Made by a program: the position numbers and the translations under genes. A stretch of DNA of 64,000 bases from an uncultured Verrucomicrobiae bacterium (GTDB taxonomy: Bacteria > Verrucomicrobiota > Verrucomicrobiia > Chthoniobacterales > UBA10450): assembly GCA_963726745.1 (NCBI GenBank), contig CAVSDR010000006.1:448001-512000 (forward strand). The letters run 5' to 3'. The notes beneath the pieces were generated by a model. It was given only the letters and a program-made list of their open reading frames with translations. It ran no database searches and was not told the origin of the DNA. Below are positions 40,935-51,276 of this stretch, in pieces; position 1 is the first letter of the stretch; every line of letters begins with the position of its first letter.

Positions 40935-41265
40935 GACGCTGGCGGCGCCGCGGCTCCTGCAGCGGCACGCGCCGGTCTTCGCCGCGCTCAGCGATGCCAC
41001 CCGCCTGACCCTGGTGGCCCGACTGAGCGACGGCGCGCCGCGCTCGATCGCCCGGCTCGGCGAAGGGCTGGAAATGAGCCGCCAGGCGATCACGAAACAC
41101 CTGCGCGTCCTCGAGGGCGCGGGGCTGGTGCGGGCGGAGAGCGCAGGGCGCGAATGTCGCTTTGAGCTCGATGCCCGCCCGCTGGAAGAGGCGCGGGATT
41201 ACCTCAACGAAGTCTCGAGCCATTGGGACGCGGCGCTCGAGCGCTTGAAGAAATTCGTCGAGTGA
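40915..41265 (+). CDS. ArsR/SmtB family transcriptional regulator
   Basis: VFAALSDATR, SRQAITKHLRVLE.AGLV, W...L.RLK. Confidence 0.9.
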   Translation: MSSRTPKTLAAPRLLQRHAPVFAALSDATRLTLVARLSDGAPRSIARLGEGLEMSRQAITKHLRVLEGAGLVRAESAGRECRFELDARPLEEARDYLNEVSSHWDAALERLKKFVE

Positions 41266-41326
41266 CCGGCGCGCGAGGCCGCGCTTGCCTGGCGCGACTG
41301 CCGCCCTTAGACCTTCCAGGGCGCGC

Positions 41327-42367
41327 ATGAAGATCGATCTGCACACGCACATTCTCCCGCGCGAGTGGCCGGACCTCGACCGGAAATACGGCTACCCCGG
41401 CTTCATCCGCCTGGAGCATCACCGGCCCTGCTGCGCGCGGATGATGAAAGGCGAGCATTGCTTCCGCGAGGTGCGCGACAACGTCTGGGAACCGACCCGC
41501 CGGATCGAGGAAATGGACGCGTCGGGCGTGACCTTGCAGGTGCTCTCGACCGTGCCGGTGATGTTTTCCTATTGGGCGAAACCGGCGGACGCACTCGATC
41601 TTGCGCGCCGCTTAAACGATCACATCGCCGAGGTCGTGCGGGCGCATCCGACGCGCTTCGCCGGCCTGGCGACGATCCCGTTGCAGGACCCGGAGCTGGC
41701 CGCGGGCGAACTCGAGCGTTGCGTGCGCGAGCTCGGCCTGCGCGGCGCGCAGATCGGGACGCACGTGGATGCGAATGAATTTTGTCACGGGCCGCTTTGC
41801 CGAAATCTCGATGACCGCGCGCTCGACACCGTCTGGCAAACGGCCGAGTCGCTCGACGCTGGCCTGTTTGTGCATCCGTGGGACATGCTCGGGAAGGCGC
41901 GGATGCCGAAGTTTTGGCTGCCGTGGCTCGTCGGCATGCCGGCGGAAACGGCGCTGGCAATGTGCTGTCTAATATTCGGCGGCGTCTTCGAGCGCTTCCC
42001 AAAATTGCGCGTCGCCTTCGCCCATGGCGGCGGCGCTTTCCCGTTCACCATCGGGCGGATCGAGCACGCGTTTCACGTGCGGCCCGACTTGGTCGCGCTC
42101 GAGAACCAGCGCAACCCGCGCAGTTATCTCGCAAGCGAAGGCAAGCCGGCGCACTTCTACGTCGACTCGTTAGTCCACGATCCCGCCGCGCTGCGCATGC
42201 TCCTCGGGCTTTTCGGCGCGGAGCGGATCGCGCTCGGCTCGGATTACCCCTTCCCGCTCGGCGAAGAACGCGCCGGCAGCTTGATCGAGTCGCTCCCGGA
42301 CCTAACGAGCGGTCAAAAAGCGCAGTTGCTCGGCGGCACGGCCGTGGAATTCCTGAAGCTGCGATGA
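41327..42367 (+). CDS. nbaD: Aminocarboxymuconate-semialdehyde decarboxylase (ACMSD)
   Basis: IDLHTHILP, STVPVMFSYW, VHPWDM, WLVGMPAET, AHGGG.FP..IGRI.H, GSDYPFPLGE. Confidence 0.9.
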   Translation: MKIDLHTHILPREWPDLDRKYGYPGFIRLEHHRPCCARMMKGEHCFREVRDNVWEPTRRIEEMDASGVTLQVLSTVPVMFSYWAKPADALDLARRLNDHIAEVVRAHPTRFAGLATIPLQDPELAAGELERCVRELGLRGAQIGTHVDANEFCHGPLCRNLDDRALDTVWQTAESLDAGLFVHPWDMLGKARMPKFWLPWLVGMPAETALAMCCLIFGGVFERFPKLRVAFAHGGGAFPFTIGRIEHAFHVRPDLVALENQRNPRSYLASEGKPAHFYVDSLVHDPAALRMLLGLFGAERIALGSDYPFPLGEERAGSLIESLPDLTSGQKAQLLGGTAVEFLKLR

Positions 42368-43137
42368 AACTTCGTCTGGCGCTGTTGCTGGCTCTGTTCA
42401 CCTCGACCGCTGCGCTGTTCGCGGATGAAGAGGTGGTCGTGCGCGGCCGCGAGGAGGGCGAAGAATTTGAGGAACCGGGCGGCTACGGCCAGCCGCAGTG
42501 GGCCGAGCGCAGCCGCGCCTCGGCCACGACCAAGCTCTACGTGCTCTCGCCTTGGGAGGTCTTCGCCGGCGTGATCTCGTCGACTAAATTCGGTCGCGGC
42601 CGCGGTGAGCTCACGCAGGAAATCGAGCTCGGCCTTCCCGGCCGCCTCGAGCTGGACCTGGAAAATCGCGTCGGCTACTTCGCCGAGCGGGACTGCAGCC
42701 TTGGGGCGCGTTATGCGCTGGCGAACTGGGGCAAGCTGCCGTTGAACCCGGCGCTCGCGGCGAGTTATCGCTTCGGCGAGCCCCGCGCGCTCGAGCTGCG
42801 GTTGCTCCTGGGGCAGGAATTTTTCCCGCGCGTGCAATGGGCTGCGAATCTTTTCGCCGACGTCGGCCGCGGCGGGCGTGGAGCGCGTGGCTTCACCCAG
42901 AGCCTCGCCTATCTCGCGCTGGCCGACCGGCTCGAGCTCGGCACCGAGTTGCGCCTGGCCCAGACCGGCCACCGGAACGAGTTTGGGCTCGGGCCGAGCG
43001 TGAACTGGAAGCCGAACCTCCACACCGTCTTGAGCGCCGCGCCGCTCTTCGGCCTGACCCACCGGTCGCCGCGGCTGGAGCTGCTGCTCGCGGCTTCGCT
43101 GGAATTTGGCGGCGGCGAGTCCAAGACTGCTCGTTAG
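42364..43137 (+). CDS. Hypothetical exported protein, possibly outer-membrane beta-barrel
   Basis: Signal peptide; alternating beta-strand pattern (QEIELGLPGRLELD, GPSVNWKP). Confidence 0.6.
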   Translation: MKLRLALLLALFTSTAALFADEEVVVRGREEGEEFEEPGGYGQPQWAERSRASATTKLYVLSPWEVFAGVISSTKFGRGRGELTQEIELGLPGRLELDLENRVGYFAERDCSLGARYALANWGKLPLNPALAASYRFGEPRALELRLLLGQEFFPRVQWAANLFADVGRGGRGARGFTQSLAYLALADRLELGTELRLAQTGHRNEFGLGPSVNWKPNLHTVLSAAPLFGLTHRSPRLELLLAASLEFGGGESKTAR

Positions 43138-43160
43138 GCGATTAGCCGGCATTTTCAGCC

Positions 43161-43823
43161 ATGGCGGAACTCTTCACCCGGGACGACGCCACTTTTGACG
43201 GGATTTACCCGCCGGCGATCCGCGCGCTCTCGGAACTGTTTTGGACGCCGGTGGCGGTCGCGGCGGAGGCGGCCCGCTGGCTGGCCGAGGAGGCCGGCAC
43301 GCGCGTGCTCGATCTTGGCTGCGGCGCGGGAAAGTTCTGCCTGGTGGGCGCGGCGACCACCGCAGGTCACTTCACCGGCGTGGAGCAGCGTGCGGAACTG
43401 GTGGCCGCGGCGCGACAGGCAGCGGCCGGCCTTGGGCTCGAGCGCCTGGAGTTCGTCCACGCGAACATCACCGACACGCGCCTGGCCGACTTCGACGCCT
43501 TTTACCTCTTCAATCCTTTCGAGGAAAACCGGCACGGCTACCGGATCGACTCGGCGATTCCGCTCGCGCCGGAGCTTTACCAAAAATACACCCGCCACGT
43601 GGCGGCGGAGCTGGCGCAACAGCCGCTCGGCACGCGCGTGGCCAGCTACATGGGCTACGCGGAGGACATCCCGGATTGCTACACCTGCGACAACGCGCTC
43701 TTCGATGACGACCTGAAGTTCTGGGTCAAGACGCGCGCGCACGACGCGGAACTGGAGCGCCTCCGGTTGCGCAGTCCGCGCAGCTACCGCGGGGCGCGCG
43801 GCTGGGCGCCGCCGCGGCATTAG
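43161..43823 (+). CDS. Class I SAM-dependent methyltransferase
   Basis: FWTPV, VLDLGCGAGKF, FYLFNPF. Confidence 0.82.
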   Translation: MAELFTRDDATFDGIYPPAIRALSELFWTPVAVAAEAARWLAEEAGTRVLDLGCGAGKFCLVGAATTAGHFTGVEQRAELVAAARQAAAGLGLERLEFVHANITDTRLADFDAFYLFNPFEENRHGYRIDSAIPLAPELYQKYTRHVAAELAQQPLGTRVASYMGYAEDIPDCYTCDNALFDDDLKFWVKTRAHDAELERLRLRSPRSYRGARGWAPPRH

Positions 43824-43834
43824 CCGACAACTTG

Positions 43835-44908
43835 TTAGGCGACGGCTTCCGTCCCCACGACCGCGGCATGGATTTCCTCCATGATCTCGCGCAGGCCGTA
43901 ACGGAATTTCCAAGCCGGGTAATGCTCCTGGAATTTCCGCACGTCGCTAATCCACCAAATGTGATCGCCGATGCGGTTGTCCTCGACGTATTCCCAGGTG
44001 AGCTGGCGGCCGCTGATTTCCTCGCAGAGCTGGATGGCCTCGCGCATGGAGCAATTGCTGTGGCGACTGCCGCCGAGATTGTAGACTTCGCCCGAGCGCG
44101 GCGCGGCGATGAACGCAGCGAAGGCTTCCACCAGGTCGAAGCTGTGGATGTTATCCCGCACCTGCTTGCCATTGTAACCGAAGACGCGGTAGGGCCGGCC
44201 GGTGACGGTGCATTTCATCAGGTAACTAAGGAAGCCGTGGAGCTCCGTGCCCGCGTGCGCCGGGCCGGTCAGGCAACCGCCGCGGAAGCAGGCCGTGGGC
44301 ATGCCGAAGTAGCGACCGTATTCCTGCACGAGCACGTCGGCCGCGACCTTGGAGGCGCCGAAGAGCGAGTGCTTCGTGTGGTCGATGCTCATGGTCTCGG
44401 AAATGCCAGGCTCATACTCGTGGCCCTCGGCGATTTCCCAGCGGAACTCGAGCTCGCGCAGCGGCAGGCGGTTCGGCGTGTCGCCGTAGACTTTATTGGT
44501 CGAGGTGAAAACAAACGGCGCCTCGGGCGCGACTTGCCGCGTGGCCTCGAGGAGGTTGAGCGTGCCGTTGGCGTTGACCGTGAAATCCATCTGCGGATCG
44601 CGTGCCGCCCAGTCGTGCGAGGGCTGCGCCGCGGTGTGCACCACCGCCGCGATGCGACCGGCGTGCTCCTGGAAAACCGCGAGCACCGCGGCGGCGTCGC
44701 GGATGTCGATGTCGTGGTGCTCGTAGCCCTCGACCGTCTCGACGAGCGCGTCACGCGTCCCGCGGGTGGAAGCTTCCGCGCCGAAGAAGCGGCTGCGCAT
44801 GTCATTGTCGATCCCGACCACGCGCTGCCCTTCGCGGGCGAAATGCTTGACCGTCTCCGAGCCGATGAGGCCGGCGGAACCGGTGACGATGATGGTGTTT
44901 GCTTTCAT
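43835..44908 (-). CDS. NAD-dependent epimerase/dehydratase (CDP-paratose 2-epimerase-like)
   Basis: [35 protein letters not shown]. Confidence 0.88.
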   Translation of the reverse strand: MKANTIIVTGSAGLIGSETVKHFAREGQRVVGIDNDMRSRFFGAEASTRGTRDALVETVEGYEHHDIDIRDAAAVLAVFQEHAGRIAAVVHTAAQPSHDWAARDPQMDFTVNANGTLNLLEATRQVAPEAPFVFTSTNKVYGDTPNRLPLRELEFRWEIAEGHEYEPGISETMSIDHTKHSLFGASKVAADVLVQEYGRYFGMPTACFRGGCLTGPAHAGTELHGFLSYLMKCTVTGRPYRVFGYNGKQVRDNIHSFDLVEAFAAFIAAPRSGEVYNLGGSRHSNCSMREAIQLCEEISGRQLTWEYVEDNRIGDHIWWISDVRKFQEHYPAWKFRYGLREIMEEIHAAVVGTEAVA

Positions 44909-44939
44909 GGGAGAAAAATTAGCCGACGCTCTGTGGCCC

Positions 44940-45634
44940 TCAGGATTGCCCGATGATCCACGTGATCTCCCCAGAGCAACTCACGCGCCCCGCCGGGTAG
45001 TCTCCCTCGCCCGCGAGCACCTGCTCGATCAGCTCGGGGTGCTTCGTCCCATCGACGATGAAGCAGACCTGCCGCGCGGCCGCGATCAGCGGATAGGTGA
45101 AGGTGATCCGCCAGGTGTCGAGCTTCGGGACGTGATTCGCGACGACCCGCTCAGTCACTTCATTGAGCGCTGCCGTCCCGGGAAAAAGCGAGGCCGTGTG
45201 CCCATCCGGCCCCAGGCCGAGCAGGATGAGATCGTGCCGGAAGATACCCTCGCCGCTCTGGGCCGCGCGCACGTCCAGCGCGTCCTGGTATTCCTGCGCC
45301 GCGACGTGCGGCTCGAGCTCGCCGCGCATCCGCGCCACCGAGGCCGCCGGCACATGCGCCGGGTCGAGTAAGCGTCTCGCGCGCCATCCGGTAAGTTGCT
45401 CTCGGCATCGTCCGGTGGGACACAACGCTCGTCGCCGAAAGTGAGAAAGATCCGCTCCCACGGCAGCTCCGCGCCGCGCCGCGCCAGCTCCGCGTAGATC
45501 GGCCGCGGCGTGTTCCCGCCCGAGAGCGAGAGGCGAAACTCACCGCGCTCGCCCAGCGCCAGTCGCGCCTGTTGCAGAATGAAATCGACCGCTTTCTCCA
45601 CGAAGGCGGTCGTGCGCAGGACGGTCGCTTCCAT
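44940..45634 (-). CDS. pgl: 6-phosphogluconolactonase (apparent frameshift ~45385)
   Basis: [37 protein letters not shown]. Confidence 0.9.
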
Positions 45635-45642
45635 CTTGCTGG

Positions 45643-46115
45643 CTAAATCGAGCAATGCGTGAGACCGCGCTTCTCGAGGTAGCGCTGGTGATAATCTTCC
45701 GCGGGATAGAACTTCGGCGCAGGTGCGATCTCGGTCACGATCGGCTTTGGGAAACGTCCGCTCTGGTCCAGCGCCGCCTTCGATTTTTCCGCGGCCGCCT
45801 TCTGTTCGGGCGAGTAAAAGAAGATTGCGGAACGGTATTGCGTGCCGACGTCCGGGCCCTGGCGATTGAGCGTCGTCGGATTGTGGTTCGACCAGAAAGT
45901 GTCGAGTAATTTCTCGTAGCTCACCTCCGCCGGGTCGAACTCCACCTCGACCACCTCGGCGTGTCCGGTGGCATCCGTGCAGACTTCCTCATAGGTCGGG
46001 TTCTCGGTTTTGCCGCCGGCGTAACCAGAGATCGCCTCGCGCACGCCGGCACCGCGCGAAAGGTCGCCTCCACGCCCCAGAAACAACCCGCGCCAAACAT
46101 TGCTTTTTCCGTCAT
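45643..46115 (-). CDS. msrA: Peptide-methionine (S)-S-oxide reductase (apparent frameshift ~46050)
   Basis: GAGCFWGVE, GYAGG, TGHAE, RQGPDVGTQYRS, AEDYHQRY. Confidence 0.93.
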
Positions 46116-46161
46116 GGGAAACAATCGGCGGAAGGGCGGTCGCACGCAAGATGCGCCCGGC

Positions 46162-46905
46162 TCACATCACCATCCCGCCATCCACCGCCAGCACCTGCCC
46201 TGTGATGTAGCGCGCTTCCGCCGAAGCGAGAAAAGCCACCATCGCCGCGATGTCCTCCGGCTGGCCTAACGAGCCCAGCGGGATCTTGCTCAGGATATTT
46301 TTTCGCACTTCCTCCGGCAGCACCGAGGTCATGTCGGTTTCGATCAAGCCCGGTGCGACCGCGTTCACCGTGATCCCGCGGCTGGCCACCTCACGCGCGA
46401 GCGACTTGGTGAATCCGATCAAGCCGGCCTTGCTTGCGGCGTAGTTCGTCTGCCCCGCGTTGCCGATCAAGCCGATGACCGAAGTGATGTTGATGATCCG
46501 GCCGCTGCGCTGCTTGATCATCGAGCGCTGGACCGACTGCACGAAATTGAAGGCGCCCTTGAGATTCGTGTTCAGCACGACATCCCAATCCTCCGGCGAC
46601 ATCCGCATGCTCAGGCCATCGCGGGTCACGCCGGCGTTGTTCACCAGGATGTCCACGCGGCCGAACTCCTCGAGAATGCGCGCGCCGGTCGCCTGCACCG
46701 CCGCGTGGTCGGAGACATCGACCGCGTAAGCCCGGGCCGCATCCGCGCGCCCGGCGTTGATCTCGTCGGCTGTTTTCTGGGCGTTCGCTTCCGTGCGGCT
46801 AACCGATGCGACGCGCGCGCCCTCCTGCGCCAGGCGCAGGGCAATCGCATGCCCGATCCCCCGCCCCGCCCCCGTGACAATCGCGACCTGATTTTCGAAT
46901 TTCAT
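46162..46905 (-). CDS. fabG: 3-oxoacyl-ACP reductase
   Basis: TGAGRGIG, NNAGVTRD, GNAGQTNYAASK, VAPGLIETDMT, VDGGM. Confidence 0.92.
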   Translation of the reverse strand: MKFENQVAIVTGAGRGIGHAIALRLAQEGARVASVSRTEANAQKTADEINAGRADAARAYAVDVSDHAAVQATGARILEEFGRVDILVNNAGVTRDGLSMRMSPEDWDVVLNTNLKGAFNFVQSVQRSMIKQRSGRIINITSVIGLIGNAGQTNYAASKAGLIGFTKSLAREVASRGITVNAVAPGLIETDMTSVLPEEVRKNILSKIPLGSLGQPEDIAAMVAFLASAEARYITGQVLAVDGGMVM

Positions 46906-46946
46906 GACAAGACATTCGTCGGCGCGAGCACGGACGAAGGCAATCC

Positions 46947-48086
46947 CTAACGAGCAATTTTCACCATCCGCCGCGCGCGCGCGCTCTCGGTGATCGCATC
47001 GAGCACGACTTGATTGCGCCAGCCATCCTCGAAGGTGGGCTGGACGCTTTGGCCAGCGACGACCGCGCGGACGAAGTCGGCCATGGTGTGCACGAAGGTG
47101 TGCTCGTAGCCGATCAAGTGTCCCGGCGGCCACCAATTCTCGATGAACGGATGCGCCGCTTCCGTGACCAGGAGGTCGCGAAACCCGCGGCGCTCCGCGG
47201 GATCGGCGGCATGGTAAAAGCGGAGGCGATTCATTTCTTCGAAGTCGAAGACGAGCGAGCCGGCGCTGCCGTTGATCTCGAGCGTGATGCTGTTCTTCCG
47301 TCCGTGGGCGAAGCGGGTGGCCTCGAAATTAGCCAGCGCATTGTTGCGGAAACGGCCGATCACGGAGACGGCGTCATCGACGGTCACGCGGCCGCGTTGG
47401 CCAGCGCCGCTCTCCAGCGGGCGCTCTTTTACGAACGTCTCCATGACCGCGCTGACCTCGCGAAATTCCCCCACGAGATAGCGCGCGAGATCGACCAGGT
47501 GAGCGTTGAGGTCGCCGTGTGCGCCGGAGCCGGCGACCTTCCTTTGCAGGCGCCAGACGAGCGGAAACTCGGGATCGGCGATCCAATCCTGCGCGTAGCG
47601 CGCGCGAAAATGGTAGAGACGGTCGCCCAGTTCCCCGCGCGCGATCATCTCCCGCGCGAGCGCGAGCGCCGGGATGCGCCGGTAGTTGTGGCAAACCATG
47701 TGGACCACGCGCGCCTTCCGCACCGCGGCGAGCATCTCGGCGCATTCCGCGGCGTCGAGCCCGAGCGGTTTCTCACACAGGATCGCCTTGCCCGCAGCCG
47801 CGGCGGCGAGCGCGATCTCGCGGTGGGAGTCGTTAGGCGTCGAGATGTCGACCACGTCGATCTCGGGATCGTCGAGCACTTGCCGCCAATCAGTCACGCT
47901 CTGCTCCCAGCCGAGCTGCTGCGCGGCGGCCCGCACCGCCGTGCGATCGCGGCCGCAAATCGTCTTCATCCGCACGTCTGCCGGCAGGTCAAAGAAGCGC
48001 GGCGCCTGGCGCCAGGCATTGGAATGCGCCCGGCCCATGAAGTTGTAGCCGATGAGGCCGACTGCGAGCGTTCGTCTGGTCCTCAT
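46947..48086 (-). CDS. Gfo/Idh/MocA oxidoreductase
   Basis: GYNFMGRAHS, CEKP, GSGAHGDLNAH, WWPPGH. Confidence 0.88.
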   Translation of the reverse strand: MRTRRTLAVGLIGYNFMGRAHSNAWRQAPRFFDLPADVRMKTICGRDRTAVRAAAQQLGWEQSVTDWRQVLDDPEIDVVDISTPNDSHREIALAAAAAGKAILCEKPLGLDAAECAEMLAAVRKARVVHMVCHNYRRIPALALAREMIARGELGDRLYHFRARYAQDWIADPEFPLVWRLQRKVAGSGAHGDLNAHLVDLARYLVGEFREVSAVMETFVKERPLESGAGQRGRVTVDDAVSVIGRFRNNALANFEATRFAHGRKNSITLEINGSAGSLVFDFEEMNRLRFYHAADPAERRGFRDLLVTEAAHPFIENWWPPGHLIGYEHTFVHTMADFVRAVVAGQSVQPTFEDGWRNQVVLDAITESARARRMVKIAR

Positions 48087-48160
48087 GTGCGCAGGTGCAA
48101 AGCGTGGGCGGACGTTTTATATGGGGGAATGCGCCGGCGACTCAAGGCCAGAACCTCGCG

Positions 48161-48739
48161 ATGAAGTGCCCCTCCTGTGGCGCGCTCTTCGCGTCGCCTG
48201 TGCCCCGCTGCCCGGAGTGCAAATTTTCCCTGCAGAAAGCGGATGCGCGTTTCGGCCTGGTGCCGGCGCATTCGCGCTTCCTGACCGATCGCACCGGGCG
48301 TTTGACGCCCGCGGAGGTGCAGACCCTGCGCGACGCGCTCAAACTCTTCCAGAAGCGCTTTCCGCAAACGCTTTTCTCGGTGCTTCTGGTGGAACTCCCG
48401 GCCGGCAGCAGCGTGGCCGAGTTTGCCTTCTGGATTGCGAACCGCGCGCGCTTCACTTCCGCCGATCGCCTGCGCGCGGAGAACCGAAATATCCTTCTCG
48501 CGGTCGACCTGGCCGGCGGCAGCGCGGCGCTCACGACCGGCTACGGCCTGGAAAAATTCGTCCCGGAAGCGACGTTGCAACGCGCGCTCGATCAGCTGGC
48601 CGGTGCACTGGCGACCAACGGCGTGGCCGCGGGCGTGCAGGCGGCGATCGGTTCGCTCACGGAACAATTTCGCGTGCTCGCAGCGGATCATCCCACTGCC
48701 GATGCGCGCTCGAACGAGAGAGGAGTGGACTCATGGTAA
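48161..48739 (+). CDS. Zinc-ribbon + TPM-like domain protein
   Basis: CPSC..CPEC; LTDRTG.L, ILLAVD, GYGLE. Confidence 0.72.
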   Translation: MKCPSCGALFASPVPRCPECKFSLQKADARFGLVPAHSRFLTDRTGRLTPAEVQTLRDALKLFQKRFPQTLFSVLLVELPAGSSVAEFAFWIANRARFTSADRLRAENRNILLAVDLAGGSAALTTGYGLEKFVPEATLQRALDQLAGALATNGVAAGVQAAIGSLTEQFRVLAADHPTADARSNERGVDSW

Positions 48740-49161
48740 GGCCGCTTCGCTTGCTCCTCTGCGCGCTCTGCCTGCTCGGCGGGCCCGCGCTTTTGCCGGC
48801 GCAATCCACGCCCCGATCGTCACCGACCCCGCCGATTTTCGATCCCCGTCCCGTGGGCGTCATCCCACCGCCCACGCCTACGCCGCGCTACAGCGGACGC
48901 ACCGAGGCCGAGGAAGAAAAGCCAATCGAGCGCGTCTGGCTTTTCGTCGGTGGCGGTGTGGTGCTGCTTCTGGGCGCCGGCGTTCTCTGGTTCGCCCTGG
49001 GCGCCTGGCGCTCGTCGAATCTTTTCGATCGGCAATATCTTTTCCCTGAAAGCGAAGCGGCCGACTTGCGCCTGGGCGGCTTGAAATGCGGCGGCCATCT
49101 GGCGCAGGTGCAGTTCGGGAAAGACGCACCGCGGGTGCCGTCAAAAGCGAAAGACGCTTAG
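48733..49161 (+). CDS. Hypothetical membrane protein
   Basis: Signal peptide, Pro/Thr-rich linker, one TM helix. Confidence 0.6.
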   Translation: MVRPLRLLLCALCLLGGPALLPAQSTPRSSPTPPIFDPRPVGVIPPPTPTPRYSGRTEAEEEKPIERVWLFVGGGVVLLLGAGVLWFALGAWRSSNLFDRQYLFPESEAADLRLGGLKCGGHLAQVQFGKDAPRVPSKAKDA

Positions 49162-50112
49162 AAAGGCCACCTCCACCGCGAGCGCTTCCTGGATGTTGCG
49201 CCCGAGCTGGTCGCGCAATTCCTCCAGCCGCCGCAGCCGCCGGAGGCAATCCGTGGTCGTGAGCTTGCCGGCTATTTCCTGTGTCTTCCCGGCCGCGGCC
49301 GGCAACTCCGAGCCGGCCAGACCCTCGCACGCGCGGAGCACATCCGACCACCAGCGGAAAAGCACCTCCACCAGATCGGCGCGCCGTTGCACGTAAAGGC
49401 TTTCGTTCATCGCCTTGTAGAAATCCTCGCGCTCGTCCAGCCAGGCGCCGTCGGTGGTTTTCTTGTAGCGCTCCTCCTCCGCTTTCAAGGCCGCGGCATT
49501 CTCTGTCTGGATGCCTTCGCGCAAGCGACCTAGAAGCCGCTGGAAACCTTGCGCCAGCCGATAGGCTCCCTGCACTCCACTGCTCGCCGGCCCGCCAATC
49601 TCGCTGAGTAAAGCCACCAGCTCCGTCTCTTCCGCGGAAGGCGCAATCCCCGCCGGGGTCGCAAGCGGGATCGGCACGCAGCGCGAGCGGATCGTATCCA
49701 TGAGCGCTTCCGGGAGCGCGCTCAAGAGCAGGAGCAACGAGTCGTTAGGCGGCTCTTCCAGCGTTTTCAGGAAAGCGTTCGCGGCTTGCGGCTGGAGGCG
49801 GTCGGCATCGGAAACAATCGCGACTTTGCGTCGTCCGCCGGTGGCGCGCATCTGCAGCGCGTGCTCCAGCGTGCGCACCTGCTCGATCACAATGCGGCGC
49901 GATTTCGAGCTTGGCTCCGCCAGAAAAACATCGCTCGCGTTCCCGGAGAAGACATCCTCGGCCTCGGTGCCGTTGACCAAGTTAGCCAGCCGGCTGGCGA
50001 GCGCGCGTTTGCCGCTCCCAGCCGCGCCGGAGATGAGATAAGCGTGGGCCAGGCGCTCCTGCTCGTGCGCGCGGCGCAGGTATTGGAAAGCAGCTTCGGG
50101 CGAGAAAGACAT
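49141..50112 (-). CDS. holB: DNA polymerase III delta' subunit
   Basis: LAHAYLISG..GSGK, IEQVR, AANAFLKTLEEPP, TIRSRC; follows tmk. Confidence 0.9.
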   Translation of the reverse strand: MSFSPEAAFQYLRRAHEQERLAHAYLISGAAGSGKRALASRLANLVNGTEAEDVFSGNASDVFLAEPSSKSRRIVIEQVRTLEHALQMRATGGRRKVAIVSDADRLQPQAANAFLKTLEEPPNDSLLLLLSALPEALMDTIRSRCVPIPLATPAGIAPSAEETELVALLSEIGGPASSGVQGAYRLAQGFQRLLGRLREGIQTENAAALKAEEERYKKTTDGAWLDEREDFYKAMNESLYVQRRADLVEVLFRWWSDVLRACEGLAGSELPAAAGKTQEIAGKLTTTDCLRRLRRLEELRDQLGRNIQEALAVEVAFLSVFRF

Positions 50113-50753
50113 CAGGGCGTGAGGCGCGGCGCGAGCGCCTGCCAGATGGTGGCTTCGATTTCCTCCGGCGACCCGGAAGCGTCGATTAAATGCACGCGCT
50201 CCGGCTCGCGGGCCGCGAGCGCGCGATAGGCCGCGCAGACGCGCTCGTAGAATTCCTCCGGCTGCGATTCCATCCGGTCGGGCGCGCCCACCGGCCGCAC
50301 CCGGCGAAGCATCCGCTGGCGCGCGGTCGCGAGCTCCACATCGAGCAAAAACGTCAGGTCCGGCTGCCAGGAGCCGACCGCAAACCGGTTGAGTTGCGCC
50401 ACCATCTCGCTGTCTAATTTTCGCGCCGCGCCCTGGTAGACCGTGGTCGAATCGTAAAAGCGATCGCTGATCACATGCGTGCCACGCGCCAGCGCGGGCG
50501 CGATCACCTCGCGCACCAACTGGCTGCGGCTGGCCTCGAAAAGCAGCACCTCCGTCTCCGGGTGCATCGCGTAGCCTTCGGGCGCGAACTGCAGGAGGTC
50601 GCGGATTTTTTCGCCGATGGCGGTGCCGCCGGGCTCGCGCGTGAGCAGGAATTCGTGGCCGGCCTTTTCCAGGCGCGCAGCCAGCCGCTTCACCTGGGTC
50701 GATTTCCCGCAGCCCTCCGATCCTTCGAATGTGATGAAGAGGCCGCGGGACAC
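50112..50753 (-). CDS. tmk: Thymidylate kinase
   Basis: FEGSEGCGKSTQ, TREPGGT, DRFYDSTTVYQG, PDLT, DRME. Confidence 0.95.
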   Translation of the reverse strand: MSRGLFITFEGSEGCGKSTQVKRLAARLEKAGHEFLLTREPGGTAIGEKIRDLLQFAPEGYAMHPETEVLLFEASRSQLVREVIAPALARGTHVISDRFYDSTTVYQGAARKLDSEMVAQLNRFAVGSWQPDLTFLLDVELATARQRMLRRVRPVGAPDRMESQPEEFYERVCAAYRALAAREPERVHLIDASGSPEEIEATIWQALAPRLTP

Positions 50754-50817
50754 GTCGCGATTGTGAAACAGGCGGCGGCGGTTGTCGAATGGCTGGCGGC
50801 GCGCTAGAAGCTCGTGG

Positions 50818-51226
50818 ATGAAGAAACACTGGCTCGTGAAATCGGAGCCGTCGGCTTACTCGTGGGCGGATCTCGTGCGCGACGGCAAGACCAGCTGGAC
50901 CGGCGTGCGCAATTTCACCGCGCGGAATAACCTGCGCGCGATGCAGCCAGGCGACGCGGTTTTGTTTTACCACAGCGTCACCGGGAAAGAAATCGTCGGC
51001 CTGGCCGAGGTGCAGCGCGCCGCTTATCCCGACGCGACCGCCACGGAAGGCGACTGGAGTGCGGTCGACCTCGTGCCGCAGAAAGCGCTCAAAAATCCGG
51101 TCACGCTCGAGGCAGTGAAGAAAAATCCCGCGCTCCAGCGAGATGGCGCTCCTCCGGCTTTCGCGGCTCTCGGTGCAGTCGCTCACGCGTGAGGAATTCG
51201 ACGAAGTGCTGCGCATGAGCCGCTAG
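50818..51226 (+). CDS. EVE domain protein (apparent frameshift ~51138)
   Basis: WLVKSEP, WTGVRNFTARN, FYHS, then a shifted frame giving LLRLSRLSVQ. Confidence 0.88.
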
Positions 51227-51276
51227 CGCCGGCCTTTGCGCTTGTCGGGCAGGGCCGCGAAGCTGAGAACATCGAC

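Noticed and set aside
43161..43823. Methyltransferase as the DNA methylase for the dispersed motif
   Set aside because: It is small (220 aa), and NPF is only a partial NPP(Y/F) motif with no evident target-recognition domain. Flanking motif pairs alone are insufficient evidence.
50818..51226. EVE protein as part of a modification-dependent restriction system
   Set aside because: It is a stand-alone EVE domain with no adjacent nuclease or ATPase, in a housekeeping context.
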